From Lingula anatina (taxonomy: Eukaryota > Animalia > Brachiopoda): DNA of 64,000 nucleotides. Below are positions 25,166 to 39,686 of the stretch, one piece after another (the first letter of the stretch is position 1; each line of letters starts with the position of its first letter). A program made the translations under genes and the position numbers. Below the pieces are notes generated by a model, which was not told the origin of the DNA, ran no database searches, and saw nothing but the letters and a program-made list of their open reading frames with translations. The DNA is taken from assembly GCA_051362555.1 (NCBI GenBank), contig CM120643.1, positions 5,146,001-5,210,000 of the forward strand, read 5' to 3'.

Positions 25166-28100
25166 TTTGACTATAGCTTGTTACACGTAGCAACAATATC
25201 TAAGGGGGCGGAGCTTATCCGCTCATCTCGGAACGGTGAATAAATATGTTACAAAAATTGTTTTTTGAAATTTGCTTGGTTTGGTGCATGTAAGCTTGCT
25301 CTGCCAAATTATACATTACCGATACGGGCTGTCACCAGTACCTTCTGTTTTTTTTCCGAATTTATATCAGAATATTCTATCTATCGCAATGAGTGAAATG
25401 TCTGGCATATATTCATATAGCAAATATTCTTTTATGATATTATTCATACAACTTATTCAATCCAGATTTAGTTCATGTGTATCTTGATGGAATGCTTTAA
25501 GCAAGCAGTTTTCTAAGAACTTTATTTTAAATTAATGGTTTTATATTCCCATCCTTCTGTTGAAACGAGCAGTTTGCTTATTGTTTCATGAATAAAATAA
25601 TGAATAAAAATCCCTTCTCCATACAATGTTCTTCGTTTGATAATTATCCTTGTTGTACAGTGAACGAAAATAAAGGCAGTCTCAAGAAATATGTTGATGG
25701 AGAAATAGGAAGAAGGTGATCTTATTGCAACTCTCAATTTACCTGTACGTTGCAGTAATTAAACTGTTAGCTTACGTGGCAGCTCTGATTAAAAGTGTCA
25801 CCTGAAAATCTTTTGTCCCACTTAAACTTTCAAGATGTGCCAAGTTTGATTTCAATCACGCTCCCTGCGGCAACTGCCGATACGAGACCAGCACCTGACA
25901 ACAGTGAAATTGTCATCCCTAGAGGAAATCTAAAGCACAGAGATGTCTGCTCACCAGTTGTCCAAAGTTGGAAAGTTAATGGTACAGTTAAAAAATATAC
26001 GAAAACCTACACCCTAGAATAGATCACAGAATTAAGGAATGTGCTTTTGTGCGACTACATGTAGCCCTACTTCTACAATTATTATTATCATCATTGAATA
26101 ATAAGACTCTGCCCACCACCTATTAACTCAAACATTACAGAAAGAAGGTTCCCTTAAGATTTACACTGTTATGTTGTTGATGTGATCTGTAAGTTTGATG
26201 TTCATTACATAGGATTGGACGTTGCTTTTGGTCCCTTCTTCACTATAAACTGAGCCACACAACAGTGGTCAAATTCCTGCTTAAATCAAGACGGCTACTC
26301 CAGCTCACTTTCCGGCCATTTTGCATTAATTTGACACATGTAGTCGAACGTGTTGTGTAAAATATCAATGAAGTACTGATTGGCTTAAAAACCGGAAGTT
26401 CGAGGAAATGAACCAAGCGTTTACCTTGGCACAAATGGCCTTCGTTTACAACTTGTAGGCAGTCATGTGACGTGAGAGTACCGTGAAAAAGAATTTTTGC
26501 GTTTATGTTATTCCAATTGAACAGTATGATCAGTCAGACGTCAGAGAAAAAAAAAACAAAATTATTTTTGGTTTCAATTTTATTTATTTTATTCTTTTTT
26601 GGCCATTTTAAAGTTGGCGGAGCTTGAGAAACAAGTTGTTTGAAAAAATGCCTTACACCTTTTAAAAGAAGAATCGCGTGCATAACTGCTGGCGAGAGTA
26701 AGGATTGACTGGGCATCCTAGTAGTCTCTGTTGGGATTGATTTTTTACAAGAAATCAATAAATCAATGTAAATTACTCTTAAACGTCCAATTCTAACCAG
26801 GGCAAAGTCATGTTTGGGTCGCGTCGCAGCGTAACAGAAGACGATTTAATAGCCCACAATTAAGCGGGATCATATATCACGCCTCTTTTCATGCATGGTT
26901 GTGTTGCCGCAAGGCGAGAAAAACCCCGCCGTCACCCTATTTACATAAGCCCACCCCTTCTTACTCATCGCTGCATGTGTGTAAGATGTACATGTACGTA
27001 AGATGTCTGTAAAATATACGTAAGTACAAATTTTCACACAATTCTTTTGTGCTCCTAAGGGGCATACGTAAGACAACTTAATCGTTTTTGAAGTAAGCAT
27101 ATCCGTAATGTCATCTTCTCTGCACAAAACTGTATGTATTTATTGTCACTGTATGTGTTTATTATATAATATATTAATATATTTTGATCACTATGTTATT
27201 TCTTTGTTGTCACTACTGTATGTGTCTATAAATATTTTTATTGATGATATATTATCTATTTTTAGTAGAGATGAAGGTGTATTTCCTGGATTATTATCAC
27301 ACTGAGGACATCTGAACTGACCTCAACCCGGCAGCCTCAGCACAGGTCAGTGCAACAACGATATTGCCATACTGGTGATTGTCTTTAACCGCAGTGTGAC
27401 CATCGCCACTATATGTTGTTAACTGAGAAATTATCATTTGTAAATGGGTCATTTAGATCCAAATTAGTTTTATATATTATCAAGGTGACACAAAGGTTAA
27501 TGTGAAATGTTCGGAGTTGGGGGGGTTGGTTCGCTAAGCAAAAATTTTGATATAGACAAAATTCCATGTGTGCATTATAATGCCTGTGCATTGTCTGCAT
27601 GTTAATTGTCACATGAAATGTGTATATGTATTCTGATCGCTGTCTTTGTCTTTATTGGCGTTGTATATGTTTATTATAATATAGTAATATATTTTGATCA
27701 CAGTGTTATTTCTGTGTTGTTTCTACTGTATGTGTCTATAAATATATTTTATTTTTGATGTATTATCTTTTTTCAGTAGAGATGAACATGTGTTTCCTGG
27801 ATTATCATCACACTGAGGACAGCTGAACTGATCTCAACCCCACAGCCTCAGCACAGGTCAGTACAACAAGGATATTGCCATACTGGTGATTGTCTTTAAT
27901 CGCAGTTTGACCATCACCACTATATGTTGTTAACTGAGAAATTATCATTTGTAAATGGGTCACTTAGATCTAAATCAGTTTTATATATTTTCAAGGTGAC
28001 AAGGGTTAATGTGAACTGTTTGGAGTTGAGGGGGAGGGTTCGCTAGGCAAAAATTTTGATATAAACAAAATTCCATGTATTCATTCTGATGCCTGTGCAT

Positions 28101-31100
28101 TATCTGTTATGACATTGAATGTGACTGGATATATATTCTGATCACTGTCTATATATGTCTTTATTGTCGCTGTATATGTTTATTATAATACAATATAATA
28201 ATATATTTTGATCACTGTGTTATTTCCGTGTTGTTACTACTGTATGTGTCTATAAATATATTTTATTTTTGATGTATTATCTGTTTTCAGTAGAGATGAA
28301 CATGTGTTTCCTGGATTATCATCACACTGAGGACAGTTAAATTGATCTCAACCTCGCAGCCTCAGCACAGGTCAGTGCAACAACGATATTGCCATTCTGG
28401 AGATTCTCTTTAATCGCAGTTTGACCATTGCCACTATATCTCGTAACTGAGAAATTAATTATCATTTGTAAATGGGTCACTTAGATCTAAATCAATTTTA
28501 TTTATTTTCAAGGTGACAAGGGTTAATGTGAACTGTTCAGAGTTGGGGGGGGAGTTGGTTCACTAAGCAAAAATTTTGATATAGACAAAATTCCATGTGT
28601 GCATTATAATGTCTGTGCATTGTCTGTTGTCGCATGAAATGTGTATACCATCCTAATTTTATGTATGTGTACATTTATTCCGTCTACCATAAGAAGATTA
28701 GATGCGATTAAAACGACAGAAAAAACAGTAGAGGAAGTGTGCTAATGATAGGGTCGCTAAACGATTTTTGACGGAATATAGTGACTAGCCTAATCTCCTG
28801 GTCACCTGTGTAGGCACACCCCCCCCCCCCCCCCTTAGAGTACTTATGTAAACAAACGGTCTCCCGTACCGAACTATCCTTTTGTTCAACAGCTTTGTGC
28901 GTGCAGCGGATTATATTTGTAGTGACACTATATAGCTAACTTCAGTTGAATCTGTGAAAGCTGTTATTTGATTCATTCTGCTGTGTCGGACATTGTGGAC
29001 CAGCCCAATGTTTCATTCACTTATTCTTTTCTGAAGATTGGTGATGCAGATTTTGAGTGCTTAATTATTTACCCTGCTTCTAACAAGTGAAAGTGGAAGG
29101 GAAAGAAACAGATACATTAATTAAAGGGACTTGTGGTGGAAGAAAACAATAGACTGTTTTGCACCAAGGTGATGGCCCATAACAGGAGGGATTATACTTT
29201 AAATATAGACTCATTGTTGTATGGTTTATATTTGTGCTGACTTATTTTACTCTCGTTCATTTCTTGGAACTAGTTCCTTGAATGAAATTTTGCCTGTATA
29301 AATTTACTCTGTGACATGAATTAATTAATAAAACTCTCCCGTTGAAAAAGGGGGCTTTTCGTAACTAATACAGGTTCACAGGTAAGTTGTTCAGAAAAAA
29401 CGCCGTTCAGCGCCGCTACCTTCAGGAAAGTGTATCCTCCGCTTGGAACACTGGCATTTTTTGTTATCTGACAAATTAGGGCAGATGTCCATTTGCGTTT
29501 TAGCTATTAAGCTATTTAGCTATTAATTCTGAATTTACGGGTATCCCCGATGAAAGCACCAGGATGAACACTGAAAAGCGGAGTACAATAATTAACTTTT
29601 TTAAATATCGATTACAACATGCTGTACAATGAGTAGTAAAAGGTTTAATGAACATATTTGTCTAAAAAAAACAATTCATTTCGAAATTGAAAGAAGCAGT
29701 TTTTTTCGGGAGGCATGGGAGGGGGAGACATAGTTAACATCAGGTGATTCATTAAAGCCGAGGAGTGTTTCGCTATCAAATATGTAAAGCATATGTCATA
29801 AAAACACTATAATAATTTTTTTGTTACAATCTGCAACATTTGTTCATTTATATAGCAGGGTGAAGTTAATGCCAAAGGTAAATAATAACTAATACCGTAA
29901 TCCTTCTTGTCCATTTATTTCAATCGTATCAAAACGTTTGATACACAATGTTCATAAATGTCATAATTTTGTCGATTTATTGAAATCATATTTGTACAAA
30001 GTGGGTTAGCATAAGTTAAGCAACAACCAGTATGAAAATCAACTGCCTTTTTAAGTGAGGCAAGACGCCCTCTTCACACTGATTATAACCTTGATAAAGA
30101 CATTATGCAACAAGACAAAGGAGTTGTGTAAAGTTCTGTTAACTCGAGTGTGAAACAACACATTCTTTGTCACTTTTACAAGACAATGGAGGCGAGCAAG
30201 TGGAGTAATTACAATATACAATCAAAAGGAAATTAGTTTAGAAAGCTTACTTCAGGTCAGCCCTTTGCTTGTTCGAAAGAGAGAGATATCGCGACTCGAC
30301 CTTCGTGTGTTTGTGTAAATGTGTGAAAGACAGGCAACTGTCTTGAATCACTGTTGGTATTGTTTGTAATCAATATTGAAGTATACCCCCTTCGCCTACA
30401 TGTAAACGTGTTAGTTTGTCTCATGTTCACTATATTTCTTTCAGGTGGATCAGACAAGGTGTTGAGATCGATAAAAGTAGAGTGCAATTTGGTGCAATTT
30501 TTGTGAAATGACTTAAGTGATGTGCACGATGTGTTTAAATTCTTGATTTTTTTAATTTGTAAAATCTTTCATACACGGCCTCATATTTATATTACTCTCA
30601 GGCTATACTCTTCGATGTTATTGTATTACATGGGACTCTTGGAAACCTGAAGCATAGAGCATTGTGAAAGTTAATTCGCAATGGAGTCTTGTTATCTTCT
30701 TCATGCAGTTTTATACAGTAGGACACATACTGTCAGGATTTAGGTGTGATTTGAAACGTCATGTATTTTCTGCTACGTCCGGGTCACGAAATAGCACCAA
30801 AACATTGGCGCGATGAAAAATGCATACGTCGGAAATAAATAAACTTTGCGAAAAAACTATAGTGAATTGACTTTCCATATTTTAGAGACTAAACAAGGAG
30901 TTATCCGTCTATTGAAAAACTGTAAGATTTTGTCAATGCACTGTACAGAGTTACAATTATTTCTCTCTGAATCAAGAAAACTGAAAAATTTTACATGTCC
31001 GAAAATGCTTTTGTATAGCGAGGGACTATATTGCGAGGAAATTGTTTCCAAATACGAAATTGGCTTAGAATTAATAAAATGGTCGAATATATATCCAGGT

Positions 31101-34100
31101 TTTCGATTTTGAAGGGAATTTCCCGCACACTCTCTGGTTAAGAAGTCTCGACAGAAAATCAGAAAAGTTGTGAAAAAACAGAGCAAAATTTCTCCCCTGA
31201 GGCACCTCCGATAAAAGTGCACATCTCATTCATTTCCGAACTTAAAATTACGTTTATTCATCCAAAAAAGTTAGTGACTAACCTCAATTTTCATGCAAAG
31301 CAATGATGTTCCATAACTTGCTACGACAGTATTTTTTTGACCTTGAACTGTGGAAGTTCAAAAAAGTCATGTGATACAAATCATGTGACGCGCAGATTTG
31401 GGTGCTAAAATGCACCTTTATAGACCCATATAAGTCAAATATAAATTTAAGAAACAGAATAAACATTTCTTTTATCAAAGACCAAAAACTTAATACAAAT
31501 TTAGTAAATTTACCCGAAATCCCATCCACTAAACGAGAGGTGAACTGAGGTGCTTTCCAACGAAACCCCACAATTTACCACGAGGCAGGGACAGGTGAAG
31601 TAGGTTGTGCGGCAAGTTATGATTTTTATCCTTGCTGAAATATGGAACCCACATATTTATAGCATGTCAGAGACTCATTATCAGGTACGTATACAAATTA
31701 TTTAGATTGTAAAATATATATAAATGCTTTTTATTACGAGAAATGTGCTAGTTTCGCTCCACTACTGTACATAATCAAACATATTTGTTATACATTGTAT
31801 CTTGTAGGTTTGTTGTTAAAATGTGCACTGTGTGACCGACGCAGGCTCATTCAGAGTACTCTAACTCCGACTACAGTTCAGTTTTAAGATTAACTTTTGA
31901 TCTAGTGTTATTTAGAATACTAATATTACATAACATGTGCCTTAATTAGTACGTACGTGTACTGTAGCTGTACAATGTACATGTAGCACCTGTCGTGTAA
32001 AGCACAGATAATGTGCTTTAGAGTTGTATATATTGATTGAATTATGAATACATCACCTTTTATTTGTAATAATTAGCAATAGGTCAGGGGAGTATTTGGC
32101 AAGATTTAACATTTCCCTTGTCTTTTTTTCAGGCTGATAAAATTTTTAAAACTTTCCAACATTGATGTAAGGAAAAAGATGTTTGGATATACATGTAGAA
32201 TGGTAGAAGTATTTATGTAATATGAGCTTTTTTTCATGATCAGTTAACACTCATTTTCAGTATAAAGGTCCATTTGAAAGTGTAGGGTTTATTTTATAAA
32301 TCATCGAAAATTTTTAAATCCATGACTTGCTAGTACAGGTATGAAAATGAAAGTTGAGACATTTATACACCATACTCACTTACTGTTGAAGTTGTAGATT
32401 TTTTACTTAAGTTAAAATGAAGTAGATCTATTGGGGAATGTATTATGGTTCTAAGAACAACAGTAATAAAGGTTTAAAATATAATCCACTTATGTTTTCT
32501 GTATGAAAAAAGATAAAGCCAGTAATTATTATTTTATTATGTGAGTTCCTAGACTTGTGTTAGTTAAGTACCACTTGGACATATCTTCCGTCCCTCGCTC
32601 ATTGTTAGTCAATTTTTTAATGTTAAATGGACCTATATATTGAAAATGGGTGATGGGTGTAAACAGATTGTTTTTACTTTTAGTTGCATGGAATTGTAAA
32701 TTCTGGATTTATTCTGATTTTCTTTTCCAGATAAAAGAAGAACAGTTTTTTCAGATATTACAGAATCTCTGCCAGGCTTTGAAGTGCCCTGAAAAGTGAT
32801 CACGATGATATGCTGCATCGTTATCATGCATTCCTATTAGTCATATTAAAAAAACTGTCACCAAGCCCTTAGTGAAAATTGGTTATCAAAGTATTCTTTG
32901 GCAGCACTTACATTTTTTGAAACATAAATATTGAATTTTTTAAAAGAAATATGACTTCGGTGGTATTTCTTTAAGATAATTGGATGGCAGTGTTGCAAAC
33001 AAGTGTTATTATGGACACATTTTTTTCTAATTGGACTCCCAGGAACCAGACTGCTTTTCAGATTCAAACAAGAATTTAAAAAGAAAAAAAATGTCAGAAT
33101 AGTAAAAGAGGTACTTTGAATATATTTACAGTCCACGTCCATTTATATCCAGTATATAATGCCTGGTGTTCACAAATACAGGTAGAGCCCTTTTAGGAAG
33201 CAAGTTACATATTCCCATATTTTAATATCAGATATCAAATACAAGCATATGGAACTGTTTTGAATAAAGACATAAATTGTCCTTGGTGGTCAGCATATTT
33301 TTCTCTTATTTTAAGTCTTAAAAGGATAGCTAATGTTTTTTGAGGTAATGCATTTGAAGACGGAACATGTATGAAAATTTCTTCAGCAAAAAAAAAAAAA
33401 AGGAAAGTCATTAAGTTCAACCTAGTGCAATGAAAGTGAATTTTTTTCATTAAGTTTGGAAATATTTTTTGTTTTTATTTATGTATTTTTTAAATTTTTA
33501 CACACTTTGTATAACTAAATACTTTGTGTATTCTTACTAGCGCCCATGCATATGGATTTCCTGTGCATGTATACTTGTACCATTGTTTTGAAAATAAAAT
33601 TATATCCTGTTGTTTTTTTTACCCTCTGTTTTTTTATTGAATATAAAAGAGGTAACTGTTCATATCAGCCCAAAATGGATTCTCCTGGAGTAAATGACAA
33701 TTTCCCCCTTCTTACCAATATTAATAGTTACTGGGGTACTGAATCAGTTTTGACATTCAAAATTAGTCTGTACTGTAATTTTTTAATTTGTTTTAATATT
33801 TCAAAAGATTACAGAGTACAGCCACCATGTGATTGGATGGCAAGAACAGTTTCCAAAAATATTGTGAAAACTACCATTTTGGTGGTAAAATGGAATATAT
33901 ATATATTGTATTCCTATGGGTTCTTTACACTATTTATTCTTAAATGTGAATTTCATACAAACAGTTGTTAACCCTTTAAAATATTAATTTAAGAAAGGAT
34001 GAATTTGTCTGTGCAAAATAAAGAAAAACAAGTTGGTTTTATTTTAAACTTAAGTTTTGGATTCAGAAATGTTCAATTACCTACATAATTTCATAAGTAA

Positions 34101-35156
34101 CATTGAAACATATGCAAGGTACCCCTTAGCAAAATTTTAAGCTTCCCGCACACTGTTTCTGCGGATGCGCAGCAGATTCACAGTAAGGGTTTCTGCGGAT
34201 GCGCAGCACGCCTCATTTGCATGGTAAAATACGCACCTCCCGCACACTCCTTGCACATCTCCTGCACACTCTCTGCACACCCCCAACACCACAACCAACA
34301 CACTTCTTGCATACCTTCTGCGTACTTCTTGCATACCTTCTGCGTACTTTTTGCACACATCCTGCGCACATCTTGCACACCTCCTGCATATGTCTTGCAC
34401 ACCTCCTGCGTACTTTTTGCACACCTCTTGTGCACTTCTTGCACACCTCCTGTGCACTTTTTGCATACTTTCTTGCACACTAATTTAAATATTTTATAAC
34501 ACAATTTAAATTTTATTCACTCGTTTTTTCAATCAGTTAATATTTATTCTATAAAGACAGGTTCTGAGTTACATATTTAAAGACGTGCAAACAGAAATAT
34601 TGTTAAATCCGTTTATCAACAACAAACAAGAAATTACAGTCATATATTGTGCTTTATTAATCAAATTAAAAAATCGAACAAAATCAGCAAAATCCAAGCC
34701 ATGTCCATATTTCTCTTCTTTACGTCTTTCTGTCACATTTCTCTCCTTTACTCATCCTGTCCTGCTACGTCCATCTAAAAAAAAGTATACCATAAAAGTC
34801 CTACAAATTTACCACACTGTGCACAATGCTTAACATCCAAATCTTTAACATCCATGTGGAGGACAAAAAACCATCAATATACACATTACTGTTTGAGAAG
34901 TCCTAAAATCAAGTTCAAGTGTTTATTGTTCATATAAAGAAAAGGTAGAGAGGTAGGCAGAAAAATGTCTTGGATATTAAAAAAAACAAAGTGCTAAAAC
35001 TGCTTTGAAGAATACTTTATATACATGCCTCGCACATTGTTGTTATGTTGAAATCTTAAGGTTTATAGTTGCATTCACTTAAGTTTTGGATTCAGAAATG
35101 TTCAATTACCTACATAATTTCATAAGTAACATTGAAACATATGCAAGGTACCCCTT

Positions 35157-36032
35157 AGCAAAATTTTAAGCTTCCCGCACACTTGTTCATATAAAGAAAA
35201 GGTAGAGAGGTAGGCAGAAAAATGTCTTGGATATTAAAAAAAACAAAGTGCTAAAACTGCTTTGAAGAATACTTTATATACATGCCTCGCACATTGTTGT
35301 TATGTTGAAATCTTAAGGTTTATAGTTGCATTCACTTTTTCACTTATTTTCAACATATACTTGTTGAATGATGTAATCAACTTGCAGTTAGTGTTGTTCT
35401 CTTTTAAAACTTACTCTGCACAGCTCTTTCAACTAGAGAATCCTTCACAAAAGAAACTGTTGCTGACAGTTCTTGTGGGCTGAAAAAACTTTCTAGTAAC
35501 TTCTTTATCACAAAGGTACTTGACTTTTTGGTACACTTTGTGAGAGTTTCGATGAGCCACCAACTATAGATATTCACAGCAAAGTGTCCCTTCCAGCAAA
35601 ATTTTAAGCTTCCCGCACACTTGTTCATATAAAGAAAAGGTAGAGAGGTAGGCAGAAAAATGTCTTGGATATTAAAAAAAACAAAGTGCTAAAACTGCTT
35701 TGAAGAATACTTTATATACATGCCTCGCACATTGTTGTTATGTTGAAATCTTAAGGTTTATAGTTGCATTCACTTTTTCACTTATTTTCAACATATACTT
35801 GTTGAATGATGTAATCAACTTGCAGTTAGTGTTGTTCTCTTTTAAAACTTACTCTGCACAGCTCTTTCAACTAGAGAATCCTTCACAAAAGAAACTGTTG
35901 CTGACAGTTCTTGTGGGCTGAAAAAACTTTCTAGTAACTTCTTTATCACAAAGGTACTTGACTTTTTGGTACACTTTGTGAGAGTTTCGATGAGCCACCA
36001 ACTATAGATATTCACAGCAAAGTGTCCCTTCC
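35157..36032. repeat. 438-bp near-perfect tandem duplication
   Basis: Identical spurious ORFs at 35262 and 35700 (offset 438). The sequences match by inspection. Confidence 0.92.
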
Positions 36033-36556
36033 AGTCTTGTCATGCCAGCTTCTGTATGGATCACCTGAAATAAACAATTATTCAACAAATATCCATTTGT
36101 TCAAGTAGCACAGTAAGAGACAGATTTTTTTTAGATTCAACTGCATTTGAAGAAACATTTTGGTGAGCAATTGATCATAGTTTTATAAGAAATGAAGAGA
36201 CTAAACAGTGATTGCATTCTATATCCTTGTTTCTTTGTTGGGTAAAAGGGAAGTATACATTATAAATTATAACTTATTTAGTGTAATATAGATATAATGT
36301 TTACAATGTACACTACAAATTAGATCAATTTTCTCATTTTCAATTTGATTAGATGCCCAAATGATCCAATGCATTACTGTAATACATACCTTCCTCAATC
36401 TTTTTTTCTACAATCTGTACTCAGCTTCCACTATGCTCCTCAGTTAAAACTGGCTTGATAGTTAACAGCCTTCACTCATTTGCTGTTTGTCTCATAAACA
36501 AAGACTTATACAGGATACCACACATCTGATAACACCAAATAGGTGGTTGTTGTAAT

Positions 36557-39500
36557 AGAGGCTGTCCGGGTTCTCAACGAGAAGACCAAATTTCCCCGTG
36601 ATTTTAGGAGATCTGCCTTGAGGTGGGGTTAAAATATGGAGACCAAAAGGAAGTAGAGCAGCGATTTCTTTACTTGAAAAATAGCTGAACTTACACATTT
36701 TTTTTAGCTACAGGCTTGTTCTTTCTTCACTTTATAAAGAAAAAGTATTGATATAATATGTACGTACAACTGACATGTTGAATTTGCCAAGCTAAGAGCC
36801 GATGACGCTTGCAAAGCAAAATTCGCTCGGAGGACGTACTATGCAGCAAAGGTCGCGTTAAACAGGCTACATCACCAGATGCTTGTGGTACAGGAAAATG
36901 ACATTAGTTACCATGACCGTTGATACGCATGCCTTTTAGATGAAAGTAGCTAGGATTGAATGAGAATCGGACGGATGATGCCCCGGCAGCTTCCAATTAT
37001 TCATGTGGCCAATGTTAAACTTTGGTAAGGAAATATTTCTTAATTTATGATGAAGTGTATACATCACATCTCTGTTAATATATTACTGATGTATGATAGG
37101 TTTTGTCAGCTGATGTTTTTGAATCGTTTTATTCACAAATTAAAAGGCCATCATTATCACTTTTAGTTTGAAGTGCAATCTCTCAAAAAGTCTATAGTGC
37201 TATGTTTAGTATCCGGCACTTCAAATTTGTTATTGTGAGTGAACTTAAATTATTCATTGTTTTTTTTTTTCAGTGGGGATGCCATATAAAACATGCTGTG
37301 GCTCTAGCATCATATTGGACATACCCGGTAAAGGGGGCTGGATAACTTCACATGCGAACTCTGGGATAAAGATGGATCACATTGCTTGGCAAATGTAAAC
37401 CAGTCTAAATTGACTTGAATCCTCTAGCTGAAGGGATAGATTTTTGAAGATCAAATGCCTTAGTGTACATACAAACTTAACAAACCTTGTTTATATAACA
37501 GGGGCAGTATTGTTATTCATTTTGAATAGGAATGATGGACTTTCACAACTATATTTAATCACCTTTATGGCCTTTGCAGAGATTCATTTGCAACCTTTTT
37601 GTCACTTTATGGGAGTGGCATGACTGTTTTGCTTCCAATGAGATCAATGTTGAAAGTAGGTCCATGTACATTCTACAGGCATTGGACATTTGTAAATAAA
37701 GTAATCCAGTTCTGTCGAGGGCTTAATTGCTTCATTCTTAGGTTATCATAATTACTAAATTTAAATTATTAACTCCAGCGTATTGCAATATAAAATTTCC
37801 TACTTCTGTTTTTTTTTGCAAATATTCTTCAATCGGTGTTGGCTACAAACTTCCATTTTCACTATTTCCCTGATGTAGATGTCAAGAACTTTATATAGTT
37901 ATCCACTCTTTTTCATTTTTTAATTGTCAATTTATATTACTGTCTTTGGGATTTTAAAGAGATGCTTATTTAAACATGCCAGTGGATGCAAAATAGACAT
38001 ATTAAAGATATTGTTTATTTTTGATTGTTCTTCATTGACTGGTCATATCATGAGATCCGTTTGAACAACAAAAGCTTTATAACTGCAACTAATTTTTCTT
38101 TATAAATGTTTTACTATTAAACTTTATTTGTAAAGAAGTAAAATAAAATCATTTGACATTTCATTTACTGAAGGGATGGCATATTAGAACATTAGACTTG
38201 CCTGCATCTTTGTTTTACTTTCACTAAATTTATAGTAACTAATTCAAAAGGCTCGAATTTGATCATAAAGTTAATTTTCTTCATTTATTTACTTATGAAA
38301 ATGATGCTATAGAAACTAATGGCATTCACAAAATGTAAGTTTCATTGTGATCAGATCCGACTTAAATGACAGGAAAGATGACAAAAGAAAGTATTAAAAT
38401 GGACAACATATAAGTTGAAATTTTCACAAAATCATTGCATTTTATTGACAGTTATACACAAATGCAACAAATAAACACATCACAGGCGAACTTGTATTTG
38501 TGATCTGAGTAAATGATATGAAAAACAGGTGTCATATAGTTATTAAAAAAGTCACTACAGTAACATAAGAATGATACTAGCAAGAAAAATAATTTTCTTC
38601 ATTAAATCACATAGGCCTATATATAAGCCTATTCATAAAACCGAATATTTCATTTTAAAGTAATAAAGAAAATGCCTGATACTGTAAGTGACACCCAGAC
38701 AAAAATGCCATCTATTGACTCCTGATATAATTAAGTAAACAACATAATAACTTAGGACATAAGAGATTAATATACACTGAGCAATCTTCAACATCTGATT
38801 ATCCTGACCACATGACTCTCACAGTTCTTGCCTGGTTCAATAACATGCGCTGTGTCTGTCATGCTCTAAAATAAATAAAAAATAACTCACTTAGTTTTCT
38901 GAAATATATATCATTATGTGATAAACGTTGTTGTAAAATACCAACTCTAATTTCTACCTTACTTGCAATTATGATAACTGACCACCCGGCATGGAATGTT
39001 ACAAATGCAACTGAACATTGTGTATGCTTAATAGGTGTGGAAGGTTCACCAGTATTTCATAATCGGGTAGGCCTACACGTTATATGGAGATAGGAATGGT
39101 ACAAGCAAATTTGTCTGATATAGTTACCGTAAAAGACTATTAATCACAAGTACTAGGGCTGTATTACATTAATAAACCATGGTGTCCTGTAAACTACACA
39201 CAAAACTTACTTATTAATATGCCCCTCGACCGTTGATGATACGGTCTATACAGTGATGCCATGGAGCCAGTGATGTGCCGGGTGCGAGTTGTCTGCAGTT
39301 GGTCCCTTTCTTTCTACAAAATACTGCGACCTGATCTGTACTTTAAATATGTCAGCACTTAGTCCTTTTAATCTAATCAAGCCCAACTTCTCTTTCTTCA
39401 CTTCTCTCGCCAGTTGTGTCCGTCATCCATGGTCATTTTCCTGGTTTTCTTGCTTAACTTTAACTGCAATGCACCCAACGACACAACATTAGCAATTCGC

Positions 39501-39686
39501 CAAATTACATGACAACGCCAAATTTTACTCAATGCAATCCTATAACATAGACTTGTGCCCAACCGCGAGAGAAGTTTCAATGGCAGATTTTAACCCCACC
39601 TCTCGTGAAATCTCTCTCCAATCCAGGTCTCGTTTGACGTCATCTGCTGCGCAGATGTTCAAAATAGGCTATCCCGGACATTCCCT
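36557..39686 (-). mobile_element. Decayed ISL2EU-like element nested in the EnSpm-type element
   Basis: Imperfect TIR AGAGGCTGTCCGGG / AGGGAATGTCCGGG with AT on both sides. Minus-strand THAP-end-like remnant (QIRSQYFVERKGPTADNSHP, ~39280-39340). Weak DDE C-terminal remnant (~37500-37700). Plus-strand SWIM-like remnant (KHAVAL, ~37290). Confidence 0.5.

Larger units (their letters stand above)
19708..25239 (+). mobile_element. Apparently intact ISL2EU (PHIS group) DNA transposon (5532 bp)
   Basis: Perfect 18-bp TIR TCACCGTTCCGAGATGAG with AT TSD (19706-19707, 25240-25241). Encodes a THAP-HTH-DDE transposase and a SWIM-YqaJ protein, the gene pair characteristic of ISL2EU. Confidence 0.92.
18083..27132. 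mobile_element. TA-target TIR element (Tc1/mariner- or EnSpm-like, non-autonomous), 9050 bp including nested elements
   Basis: Perfect 35-bp TIR CAGTTTTGTGCAGAGAAGATGACATTACGGATATG with TA on both sides. Satellite monomer continues in register. No own transposase recognised. Confidence 0.85.

Noticed and set aside
33546-33971. 141-aa ORF
   Set aside because: AT-rich composition with no domain motif or supporting gene structure.
34137-34504. Cys/Lys/His-rich repetitive ORFs in several frames
   Set aside because: By-product of the TGCACAC subterminal repeat array of the EnSpm-type element.
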